A DNA stretch of 62,248 bases, counting the filler, from Ionaspis alba (lineage: Eukaryota): assembly GCA_964255285.1 (NCBI GenBank). It is 8 parts of 8 records of this genome, joined end to end, with 100 filler letters (N's around TTAATTAATTAA, not from the genome) between each part and the next. Parts side by side here need not be neighbours in the genome. Positions count along the whole stretch, not along the records: positions 1 to 7,718 come from CAXUUL010000811.1; positions 7,819 to 15,534 come from CAXUUL010000812.1; 6 more parts are not named here. One strand, written 5' to 3'. Shown here in pieces: positions 1 to 11,187 of the stretch (positions within the stretch are counted from its first letter, which is position 1; the number at the start of each line of letters is the position of its first letter). The position numbers and the translations under genes are program-made. The notes under the pieces are model-generated. The model was not told the origin of the DNA. It saw nothing but the letters and a program-made list of their open reading frames with translations, and did not search any database.

Positions 1-691
1 TTTTTGTTGCCTAGGTAGCGGCGCTGTGGGGCGGGGTGATCGACAGAGGGCGGGATGGAAGCGTTAAGATGGATTGTGGGGTCTAGTTTTGGAGAAGGGT
101 TTTGTAGGGCATGCGAGGTTGGGGTGGGGAAAGAAAGGGTGGACTAGGCTTTAGAGGGTTGTGGAGAATGGAGATGGACCTAGGGATGATTGAGGGGGGA
201 ACTGCTGCAGGACAGGAGCTTGGGATAGATGAATGTGGTAGCTTTGAATAAACGAATGGAGGCTGATGCAGGATGGGAGCTGCATATGACCCGGAAGAGA
301 TGTTTGCAGCTCTTGGGAAATTTTGATGGTGGGATGGATCTGCAGCGTGTCGACAAAGCGTCATTTGAGGGGATTTTGTTTATCCACTGCACTAGTGCTG
401 GCCATGAAGCTTGTATTGTGCTTCCCTGAAGCGCTTGGTAAGAGTTGCATCGGGCGGGTATAGCATGTACATCATCTGATTAGATGCCCACAAATCGCCG
501 GGTTTGCTTCGGCTAAATGTGCCAATGTGTCCTTGCATGACAAGAACCGGATTGATCTATCAACTTGCGGCAGGGTGAGATCATCCATGTATGCAGAAAA
601 AGCAAGCGCATGGCATATGGATTCGAAAAAGAAACGTGTAACATTTCTCATGCTCCTAGCAGGTCGGCTAGGCCGTTCATTCCTTGCATAC

Positions 692-1377
692 TCAACTCTC
701 TGGTTCCATCCCGAAGTAGCTTGACCTCTCATTTAAACTCTGCTCCACGTTTTCGTCAAGATCCTTGGTCGACCGTTGTAGATAGACGATCTTCAGACCA
801 AATTCTGCCGCTGCTCGGAGATCGTATGCATGTGCTACTACCATGATACATTCCTCGGCTGTTGAGGACATCGGCTCAAAGGCCTTTCGATCTATTGCTG
901 GATCAAGCTTGGTGAATCCGAGGAGTTGCGAAAGAGAGTATGGAATGGAAACCGCAGGATTCGATGATGTCGACCTGCAGTTTAGTGGTGCCATCCACGA
1001 GGACGAGGGTGAACAATTTCTTTTTTAGTCTCTCCACGGCTCTGGCCACATCAGGCTAGGAAGTCTGGGTATGCTAGCTTGTGAGATGCGTGCTGACTTC
1101 CTAGTTTCGTTGATCTAACCCTACGCCCTTCACACCAGAAGCTGGTCCAGGACCTGGCGATGGGTGAAGTCGATGTCTTCAGCTTCCTCACCAGCTCTGA
1201 ATCATTGATTAATCTCTAAAGAAGCCAACGCGCCAGTTCGTCAATGGTTGGACCCGGTAGTGCCAATGCGTTCGACAGTGCCTCAGGTATTGTTGTCTAC
1301 CAGTCGCAACAAGTGCTCATCAGGTCGAAGATTCGAGCATAAGAAGAGACGACTGAGGAAGCGAACAACGAAGTCAT
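692..1377 (-). pseudogene. Decayed haloacid dehalogenase type II-like (HAD) hydrolase
   Basis: Manual translation from ATG 1377 gives MTSLFASSVVSSYARIFDLMSTCCDW* (motif I; TAG at 1297-1299), EDIDFTHRQVLDQLL, *HTQTS*PDVARAVERLKKK..VLVDGTTKLQVDII (TAG at 1074-1076 and 1056-1058) and ECIMVVAHAYDLRAA..GLKIVYLQR. Frameshifts separate the blocks. Confidence 0.8.
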
Positions 1378-2740
1378 GATGAACAGCACCAAGATCCTTT
1401 GGCAAGGGTTTCAGAAATCGACCCTACTTTGGATTCTAGTATCAGACATATCTTTTTCGATTTGCTTGCAACCACTATACCATTCCAGTCATCAGTCTAA
1501 CCCTAGCAGCTGATGCGGGGATTCAGCGTTGACTCCATTTTCAATGCCTGACCAATACCACGAAGCGACCACACTTCGTAGAACGACGGAAGAAAAGATG
1601 TGGTGATACAGGTACAGAAATCTCTGGAAGGTCTGCAGAGAAAGGCACCGCTGTCAATTGGCTCGTCTTCTTTCTGGGCGCTTCAGCAGGTCGAACGATA
1701 GGACCATTGTAAGCCATGGGGGTGGCCGCCCATGCAACACCCAACGCAACCTTGTTACTCGTCCAAAGTAGTCATCGTTTCTTGTCATCCGGCAGCCTTG
1801 GAGGCACGCCGGTCGGACCCAGCTTTGTGTAAGGCGTAACATGAGACTTCTTTGTTACCGAATGCAGGTCTTTCATGGCGGTCAGCTCCTCCTTGGAGAT
1901 TCAAGACTCGTCGCGCAGACTTCAAAGGATTTCTCGATGATCGAGGCTGCTGGTGGAAATTGCACTATACAGGAATTGTAGCTTTTTGAGGCTACTACTG
2001 GTCTCATTATAATAGAAAAGAGGCCACCTGGGAATAATATAGAGTGGCCGCAGTAGGGAGTCGGGAGAACACCATTCCCCCTTCCGCCCCGTCCTCTAAG
2101 AATCTCCAGGATTTTAGCGTAGGCCTATCGCTTCGATCAATAGTACTGCACTTCTTTGGCTGTTAAAGAAACGCCCTACTACTACAACGCCTGCGCAACC
2201 TTTCCTCTTTCTTCCTGCTTCTGGACAGGGTATTCTGTCCATAAGTCTCAAGTCTCCCTAGAGTCACTCATCTTCTTGACGTTAGAGCTGTACTTGACGA
2301 TCCGACAAACGTGCAACGGCTTATTCCAGTCGCTACCCGCCTGCTGAATAGGGTGAATTATCCTCTTGAGATACTTGGAGAGTGACTTTGGACACCAAGG
2401 GAACATCACCGCTACAAGAGGGTAGGCATCCCTGCTCGACTTAGGAATTCCTATGAAAGTACAGTGAAGCCAAAACACCCGCCTTCCAAAGCCAGCACAA
2501 GCTCACACCTTCCTTCCGGCCTCGAATCCACGCTGAGCAATCGCTATTCACAAAAACCTGTCTTCCCAGCTCGAGTACTGTGCATCTTATAGCCAGCTTC
2601 ACTCTACCACACAGGAGACATTCCTATCCACGATTTTTCATTTGCAAACCCATTTGACAAAGTTCATAACCACGGCGGTGGCCTACCAGGAGTGGGAACC
2701 GGTTGCGGGGCATCATTCTCATGGGACTCTTACACCAAAC

Positions 2741-5700
2741 ATGGCAGAAGGTGGTATTGCACCGGTGACAAATGGCCACATCGTTCCGATTTCTGAACAG
2801 AGTCTCGAGACTCTCGCGATGCAAATGCCCCAAGTTCCTCGTCCGAACCTTGTCACCCAACAATCCAGCTCTCTTCCCTCAACGCCTTACGTTCATGCTC
2901 GCAAGCTCTCAGCAGAATGTCGAACACCTTCACCCATTACCCAACGGGGCGAGATGACGTCTCCGAGATCCGCGCGCTCCGAATCCGACACCGCCATCAG
3001 ACCTCATGGAAGGACACCCTTCCTGACCGGTTGCAAATATGAGACTGCTATGGCTCATTCGAGGAGGCGGATACCATACTCTGTAGGAGGAGACATGCTG
3101 GAGAAAGCAAAGAATGCGCCAAAGAAATATCTGGACCCAACCGAAGATGGAAAGCTTAGCGGAGATATGCGGGAGTTATACGATCGGTTACTACCCTCCG
3201 CAGAAAGTGAAGACAGAAGAGCAAGATTTACGCAGAAGTTGGAAATGATTCTGAACGAACAATGGCCTGGCAATAGTATTAAGGCGCATGTATTTGGTTC
3301 TTCTGGAAATCTCCTTTGCACTAGCGATTCCGACGGTTAGTGGCCGTTCACATTCGCATAAAGCTCCAGCTTACAAGGAAACTAGTGGATATATGTATAA
3401 CTACACCTATGAAGGCTCTGGAGCGGGTCTGTTTGCTAGCGAAAGCTTTGGCTGAGCGTCCGTATCCCGTCTCTTTCTTCAATGAGCATTGCTAACATGC
3501 TCAACAGATGGAATGGAACGCGTAGTGTGCGTACCTCATGCCAAAGTGCCCATAGTCAAAATATGGGACCCCGAGCTGGAACTGGCGTGTGACTTGAATG
3601 TCAACAACACGCTAGCGTTGGAGAATACGAGGATGATCAAGACCTATGTTGAGATTGATCCTCGAGTCCGACCTCTGGCTATGGTTGTCAAGCACTGGAC
3701 TCGACAGAGGATACTGAATGACGCTGGTGAGTAGTTGTGCTTGACAGATAGGCTTAGATTTTATGCTAACCACCGCTGTAGCTCTTGGTGGGACGCTTAG
3801 CTCCTATACTTGGATCTGCTTGATTATCAATTTTCTTCAAACCCGGAACCCGCCTATTTTACCTTGTTTGCATCAAAGACCTCACCAACGCCTGACTAAT
3901 TCCGCAGGGGAAGTCTCAGCCTTTGCGGACGATCTTGAGTCATTATGTGGATTTGGTAAAAGTAATAAGGAGAGCATTGGGGAGCTTCTGTTCCACTTTT
4001 TCCGTTATTACGCACACGAGATCGACTATGAGAATAGCGTGGTATCCGTCAGGGAAGGCAAATTGATTTCAAAGCCGGCGAAAAAATGGCATCTCATGCA
4101 GAACAATCGACTTTGTGTTGAGGAACCTTTCAACATCACCAGGAATCTAGGTAACACTGCGGACGATATCTCTTTCCGTGGTGTTCATCTGGAACTTAGG
4201 CGTGCGTTCGATCTCCTCTCTCAAGGCAGACTCGATGAGTGCTGTGAGCAGTATGTCTTTCCGCAAGTCGAAGAGAAATTCTGGGCAAAGCCTACACCTC
4301 AACCACGGCCCGTCCTATCACGCAGTCATTCACAGTCCGGACGCGCAAACAAAGGCAGTGGAGGTCACAACCGAGGAGGTCATTCGAACCAACGACATCG
4401 AGCTGGAGCCTCGAATCGGCGTGCTTCGAGTGCTACCTCCCACAACAAGCCAAACATGTTTTCTCAAGGCTATCAAGGCGGACCAGGTTCTGCGAATGAT
4501 CGATCTGCTGGTGCTCAGATTCACGATCAGCTCTACCACCACTATCAGATCTTGCAGCAACAGGAGGCGCAATTGCGTCTACAGATGCATCAAAGAGCCC
4601 AGGCGAATATACATGCACATGCCACGGCGCAGGTTCAGCCGAGTATGTCACCTGGACTAATTTTTCCGCAACAAGCCAGTATGGACAATCTACGTCGTCA
4701 AGGGAACATTGAACCAGCTCCGCTGTCCGCGCCTCTCAGAAACATGAATTTCTTCTATCCGTCTCCTCAGAATAGGTCTGTCCAAGGCACAACCATACTC
4801 TCACAACCGCAGCGAAGTCCTCGGACAAATCCTTCCTCGCCTTCATTAACTTATGCGCAGCCGGTGCAAGCGCAACAAGGACAGCCAGAGCTTCGGCGAA
4901 GTCTCCATCGCGCGACGACGACCGATAACAACACAGGCACATTACGTTCCCACTCGCAACCTGCTGCAAACAACATGGCGAACATGCGTTCCCAATCTCA
5001 AGCCTCGCGCTCAATTCCTATGGGTTATAGTACTCCAACTCTTCAGGGGAATACAGCTGGATATAGTACCTTACAACAGTACCAGGCGATGTACTTACGT
5101 GCTCATCAAATGGCGGAGGTGCAGAACAATGGTTTGCAGACTGTTGCAAGTCCCAATCCAATGTCCCCGTATCTTAGCTCTCCAAACGAAGATATACGGC
5201 GGCAGGAGTACATAGGCTACTACGTCGATCCCGCTTCACCTCACCGATACCGGGAAACAGATACTTTGATTCCCGTTATACCAGCATACAACGACTTGAC
5301 ACATCGTGCGAGAGGTGTATCACCGAGTCTGACTCGTTTGAGATCTTACACTTCTCGATCCCCGTCGCCTTCCACAATGTCTCGAGATCGATCTATAAGC
5401 TTCTATTCCGCCGCTTCCGCTCCTTCCTCTACGCAACCCGCGAGAAATTCTGCAAGTGCTACACAGCATCGCCACTCTGGGCCGATCATTGTGGATGGTT
5501 ATAGTGAGACATCTGACTATGCCACACCACCAGAATCTGCATCGTATCCCATGGCCATGAGTGAGGCAGCTTCATTGTCCGACGATCAGCCCATTGACAC
5601 TCCTGTTACTCCTCTAGCAGCCACCCCAGCACAAGATGCAATAGACTCTTTTACACTAGACGATAGGGCGGAGAATCGCATGACGACCTCGATGCCGAAT

Positions 5701-6393
5701 ATACTACAGTTCGGTGACTTCCCCACGCGAAGCACGACCAGAGTCAGTCCTGTCTCAAAACTGTCTGATGTACCACAGAAAGAGGCTCAGTCTCTGGCAA
5801 ATCATACTGCTCGTGGAAAGACGGCTGCGGAGCCTTCGAACAATGCTCTTGGCATCGATTTCAGTACTATAGCTCGACCAGCGGAGGCCCCTGCGGTTCC
5901 AGAATACAAAGCTCCGCCAATGATTAACGGCGTCTTGAATACCGCTCCTAAGCTCGACATCCCGACCCCTCAGGCAGATCTCGATATCTCGCCAAAGTCG
6001 CTCAAACCCCTCCCACTTCTCTCCCCTGTCCGGGAAGTTCGCACTCCCTCGCCTACCGCCACTCGAAGCAATACTTTCGACGGGCCGAAGCACCTGCATT
6101 CTCGCTCCTTGTCTGCTCTGTCCGGTAAGGAGCTCCTCTCCGCTCCACTCACGACGATGACCAACGGCATCGAGAAGGGCAAGACAAACGAAGCTTCTAT
6201 TGATAGGAACCATGTCCAGACAAATGGACTTGCCGGAAGTGCTTATGATGGGAGCTCGAAAGCGGCACAACCACAACTTCAGGCGTCAAGTTGGAAAGAG
6301 GCGGGGAAGAAAGGAAAGAAAGCCCGTGGAAAGGGTAGCATCTCGAACATTGGGGAGATCATGCCGGATGGAGGGGAAAGGAAAGGCGGCTGA
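2741..6393 (+). CDS. Non-canonical poly(A)/poly(U) polymerase, Cid1/Cid13-like, with PAP-associated domain and long Q/S/P-rich tail
   Basis: Splicing introns 3336-3385, 3458-3507 and 3727-3781 restores the catalytic motif VFGSSGNLLCTSDSDVDIC. Also AKVPIVK, CDLNVNN, GGTLSSY and LCVEEPF. First in-frame ATG is 2741; the true start may lie upstream (see findings). Confidence 0.9.
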
Positions 6394-7420
6394 AGTACGC
6401 GGCAGGTTCCAGTGATATCGACAATCAGCTAGTCATGCCCGAGCCACCACGCAAGAGACCGCCAGTCCCAGAACTGCCAAGATTCTACGGAATTCCTCTA
6501 GCCACTGCAGTTCATGCTCCCCATGACCGGCGCAGAATCCTTTCAATTCGGCGTTTTTGACGTTAAAAATTTAGAAGAAATAAGAAGCAGAAGAAAATGT
6601 CGGCGAAAAGGCGTAAATATCATCTATTTCTCACGCAACATTTCACCTTCACATTTCTCATATCATCATTTCCCCTATTTCCTTCCTCTTATCATCGTGG
6701 GTACTGGGATAGGCGGCGTCAAAACTATCGGCTTTCACAAGCATGAGCAGGCATGTCGTCCCCTCCTCGAGCGGAGAGAGCCTGGCATGGCACTACTACC
6801 GTAAAACTGGTGGCATGGGATCACTGGCGCTGAAACTCTTGCAGGGTGGGAATGGCTGGGCAGGGCAAGAGCGAAAATTACAGCGGGCGTGTCGAGGTTT
6901 GTAGGTGTTGTATTATAGACCGGTGGGGCAAAGTGCTTTGAAGAAGCGAAGTAGCGGTAGATTGCTGGCGCAATCGATAGGTAGAGGGAACGGAACGGAA
7001 ATGAAAAATGGGAATCTGACAAGCTCCATGAGTAAGCTGCTGTGCACAAGAACGAACAACATGAGCCGACAGGGATGGGCCAGTGCATCGTGTGAAAGTG
7101 CGAACCCACAGTAATGCCATCGATTTTCAAACCCGACATATTCTAGTGTAGCTTTCATCTCAACATGCCTATGTAGACACTACAGGATCTCTCTGACATC
7201 GCCTAACTCGCCTAATGCTCTAATCACATGACTGGTAGATGGATGCCCATCAGTATCAACCACCAACCACCTTCCCGTTCAACAACCCCTCGAGACCAAG
7301 GAGTCCGCTAAGACACCAAAAAGCCCATAGTCGAGAGGTGCGATCGAAGCCTAGATTAATCCACCAGTGGTCGAAGGGCTTCCGGGACCATGAAGAAAGC
7401 AGCTTTGGTCGTCCGGTGTC

Positions 7421-7684
7421 TTACCAAAAGTCGTCGAAGTCGTCGTCAAAGTCAGCAAACTGATTAACTTCTTCAGCAGGTCTCCAGTGCCTGCAAATAG
7501 GCTCGTGGTAATGATTGCCATGCTGAACGATAAGTCGCTGGTCCGCTCGACACTCCCAGCAAAATTCGAAGTGGCAATTCGCACCTGCATTACGAAGCCA
7601 TCAGCACATTTTCTGGTCATGTTCAGTAGAAATAGCCCAGGTAAAAATCTCCATGTGTCCAGCTCCAGGTATGCCCGCATTGAC
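7421..7684 (-). CDS. 3' terminal exon(s) of an RBR/IBR (RING2-type) E3 ubiquitin ligase; rest lost at scaffold edge
   Basis: Exon 7584-7421 follows a GCTGAT branch site and TGCAG acceptor and reads (C)ANCHFEFCWECRADQRLIVQHGNHYHEPICRHW...*, the CxxCxxxFCWxC..GN.H..C tail of fungal RBR proteins. Absent from the ORF track because it has no start codon. Confidence 0.65.
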
Positions 7685-7718
7685 CTAGAAATTCTGTCAG
7701 ATATTTGCGTGCAGATTC

Positions 7719-7818
7719 NNNNNNNNNNNNNNNNNNNNNNNNNNNNNNNNNNNNNNNNNNNNTTAATTAATTAANNNNNNNNNNNNNNNNNNNNNNNNNN
7801 NNNNNNNNNNNNNNNNNN
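7719..7818. other. Artificial scaffold-joining spacer
   Basis: 44 N + TTAATTAATTAA (7763-7774; stops in all six frames) + 44 N. Confidence 0.98.
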
Positions 7819-10643
7819 ATCGCACTCCTCCCCTTAAATCTCCACTGCTTACACACCAACTCTCCGCTGCCTACACTCAGCCCTTCCGTCCTCTCCCTTT
7901 CCCCAAGGCTCTCATACGCATCAACAAGTTCGATGGTTGCGTCCACAACCTCCTTCCATACCTGCTCCGCCGACTCGCCTGCTTTGCCGGACGATATCGA
8001 TCCCTCCTCCCAACCAGGCTTATTCAGCGTAACGCGCCATGCTTTCTCATAAGCATCTAGTGCAGATGAGGGGTGATTGAGGTGCAGGGAGAAGCGGGCA
8101 ATGAGCTGCCAGAGGCGCCGGGAGTGGGTGATCAGTGGTGTTATGTGTTTGTGGACGAGGTCCATAAACATGCGCTCAAGACCGAATTTTGCCCGACGTG
8201 ATTCCGACTCTGAGGTTTCAGCGTCAGATCCCGCCGGTCTGGGAGGAGTAGATGCAATGACGTGAGAGAGTAGTCCTTCCATGACTTCGATGTCTATACA
8301 GCCTTCACCTTCAGTAGAGCCGCGAAGTTCGATAAGTCGTTGCTGGGCGATGATGATGTCGGAATATGGTGGTGGGGATAGTGTGGCTGCGACATTGAGT
8401 AGGTTCTGCCAGATGCGGTAAGAGTCTCTCCTGAGAGTTGCAGCACGCTTGAAAGCAACGAAAGCTTCTCGAGTGTGCTTTTCGGGATCTGGCTTGGCTG
8501 GCTCATTGAAGTCCGAATCTGTTTCTGTTGAGACAGGAGTGACAGACTCATCAGGAGGAAGTCGTAGAAGTGCTGCAGCAAGATTACTCCAAGCCTCGGC
8601 GTCTGTCTCTTCGATTTGAACTGTTCTTCCGAATGCATCAACGGCTCCTTTCCAGTCTCGAAGTTCTAGCCTCACACAGCCAAGTGCGAACCATGTACTT
8701 TGGTCTTGCGGGTTGATTCGTAGTGACTTCGAATATGCTTCATCGGCTTTCAGGAAGTCGTTAATAGAAATATAGTGCTTGCCAAGAGACCTCTGAGCAC
8801 GCGCATATCGATTGTCCGAAACAGTCCATGCACGCTCGTAAAGAGCGGGAGACTTGTCAAGGTCACCAAGGACACAGAACAAACGAGGCGCATCAGCTGG
8901 TAGTGGTTGACGTTCCTCGCCAAGATAGTCTTCGCTGTCTTCATCCTGATCTTCTCTTCCAGTCTTTTCTCCTTGAACAGCGTTTGATGCTTCCAGATTC
9001 GTAGGTGTTGCGTGATAAAGCTGACGACGAACGATCCGACGAGCTTTGTCTTCTCGGTCAACCGCCGCCCAGCAAAGCGCCGCTTCCGCCCACATCTCTA
9101 AACGCTCGTAGATCTCTAGAGCAGTGCGTAAACCACCTAGAGAGACCCACCTGGCGGCGAGTTCAGCTTCCAGTGTCCACCTTGTCGGAGATGCAAGCTG
9201 GTGGATATACTGAAGTCGCTCGGAAACGGGTGCAGACTCTGAAGCTTTGGGGCGGGGCAGGAAAGTCGTAGGAGTACTTTCTATTGCTTGAGACGGATGC
9301 ACCGAATCTGAAGCCCCTTGTGTTGGCGTAGTATCGGCAATGACTTGATCGACAAGTGCTTGTAATTGCAAAACGCCTCGCTCTACAGTTCTTGAGCGGT
9401 AGCCTTCAATTCGGCTACGGACTAGTAGAGCCTGTGTATAGACTTGCCAATTCGTGCTACCTCCTTCGAGGACCCGGACAGCATAGGGTAATGTTTCTTC
9501 CCTTGTGAGGCCATGTTGTGGAGATGTAGTGGTAACTGAAGATGCGAGGGAGAGTAGTATGATGGAATCTAGGGGGTCAAGCATGGGTTGGTTCGCTGGA
9601 TCCAGTGAGGCTAGTGACTCTGGTATGTCTTCTGTCGGCTGTATCTCCTGGTCAGAGGAGGCTTTTGTAAATGCGATAGATTCCAGGAGCGTATCATCAT
9701 TGAGGTTGAGATTCTGTGGTTGTGGGCTATCCACGCGTGTCACTCCATTTGCCCCAATATTCTTCCTATCATGCCCATTCGAGCTAGTGCCATTTTGGCC
9801 AGTCTTGTTGTCTCGAGGCTCTGCGCTTTTCGCCAGTACAACCAGTTGACTAAGCTCCTTCTCCTGAAACTTTGTCCTCTTGCCCAATCTGCCAGTCAAT
9901 ACATACTGAAAGCCCGTCTGCTTCGCGGCCTTCTCGAGATCAGCTCTAGCTTTCGCGTCAAACCCATGATGGGTATGGACCGCTGCTCGCTCCAAGAGGA
10001 ACCTGGTCTTAGTATTACCATCATACCCGGAGTCATCAGACAGAACTGCTGTCTCGAGATAGTCTAGATCTTCGTAGATTCTTGCCTGCAAGGTTGCAGC
10101 ATCCTCGCTCAACATCCGTTGATGCCAAAAATTGACCCGTAACCGCGCCCATCGAGCATCACCATCTGAGCAGACCAGCGGATGGTTGAGAATGCTTCGA
10201 GCCAGTACAAAAAGTTCAATATTAGGTGTCAGCTGATAGGCTGCTTCGCCGTCGACAGTCAAGCTCAAAACCAGCTGTTTCCGAAATGCCTGAACCTCTT
10301 CCGGCTTTCTTCTGACGCCATGAGGCAACAGAAGATCTGCAGAGTTCCATTCTAGTGGTGGACCTGTAACGTTGGACTGTAAAAACGCGTGCAGAGCCGC
10401 AATACCTATGGTCACAAGCTTCAACCTTGCTTGCTCCTTCTCTTGCTGATGTTCTGCCTGTAACATGGGCTCAATGCACTTGTGCAGAAATTTCGTCCAG
10501 TCATCCTGAGAGATTTCCCGTGCTAGGATATTTTTGTGATCATGAGAGTCAAGGCCGAACAGTTGTCGGGCTATTGACGAGCTCAATAGCTCGTGGAATT
10601 TTCCTTCTTTGAGATTCTGCCTAAACAGATCAATGTCCGACAT
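7819..10643 (-). CDS. EMW1: TPR protein Emw1/TTC27; 3' end cut by spacer
   Basis: Single long ORF with FLQSNVTGP, LTGRLGKRTKFQ, LNDDTLLE, NWQVYTQALLVRSRIE, YERAW...RYARAQRSLG and TPR repeats. Likely start MSDIDLF at ATG 10643. Confidence 0.92.
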
Positions 10644-11187
10644 TTTGGACTGCCGAAAAGAGTGATTTCGGGCCAAGAACGAAAATTACACCGCACAAGA
10701 TTGCCAATCGCAACGTTCAACAAACTTCACACCAATTTCTTGATAGTATCAGCTGGTCTTTTGATGTTCTTGCAAGTGGTAATCAGCATGACCAGAAAAT
10801 CTCTCTTTAGCATACTGCATTGACTTTACAAATTTTCATGTTTCTACGGCATTCTGTGGAATCTTTACGTTTGTGTTTGCCAACACAGAATCTGATGAAT
10901 CATCCTCTGCTAAAGTCCTAGAAAAGTATGGTCCATTTCATAGCAACCAAGCATAGATGCTCTATTACTGTAGAACCCGTATCTACTTTATCCCACCAAG
11001 GAGATCGTAGCCATCTCGGCTTCGCACCAGAGTGAAGAATTCCATGCATACCTACAGCACAATGAAGCTAAATGAAGCCCACAAACCCGTCAACGCCATC
11101 ATGCATTCATTTCCCATCTCATGATCTCACTTTACCATTCAGCATATGCACATCCACAATTACCATCTCTCGTGCCGCCAACCGGGT

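Noticed and set aside
1..690. Short ORFs at the window start
   Set aside because: No recognisable motif in any frame; possibly decayed coding sequence but not supportable.
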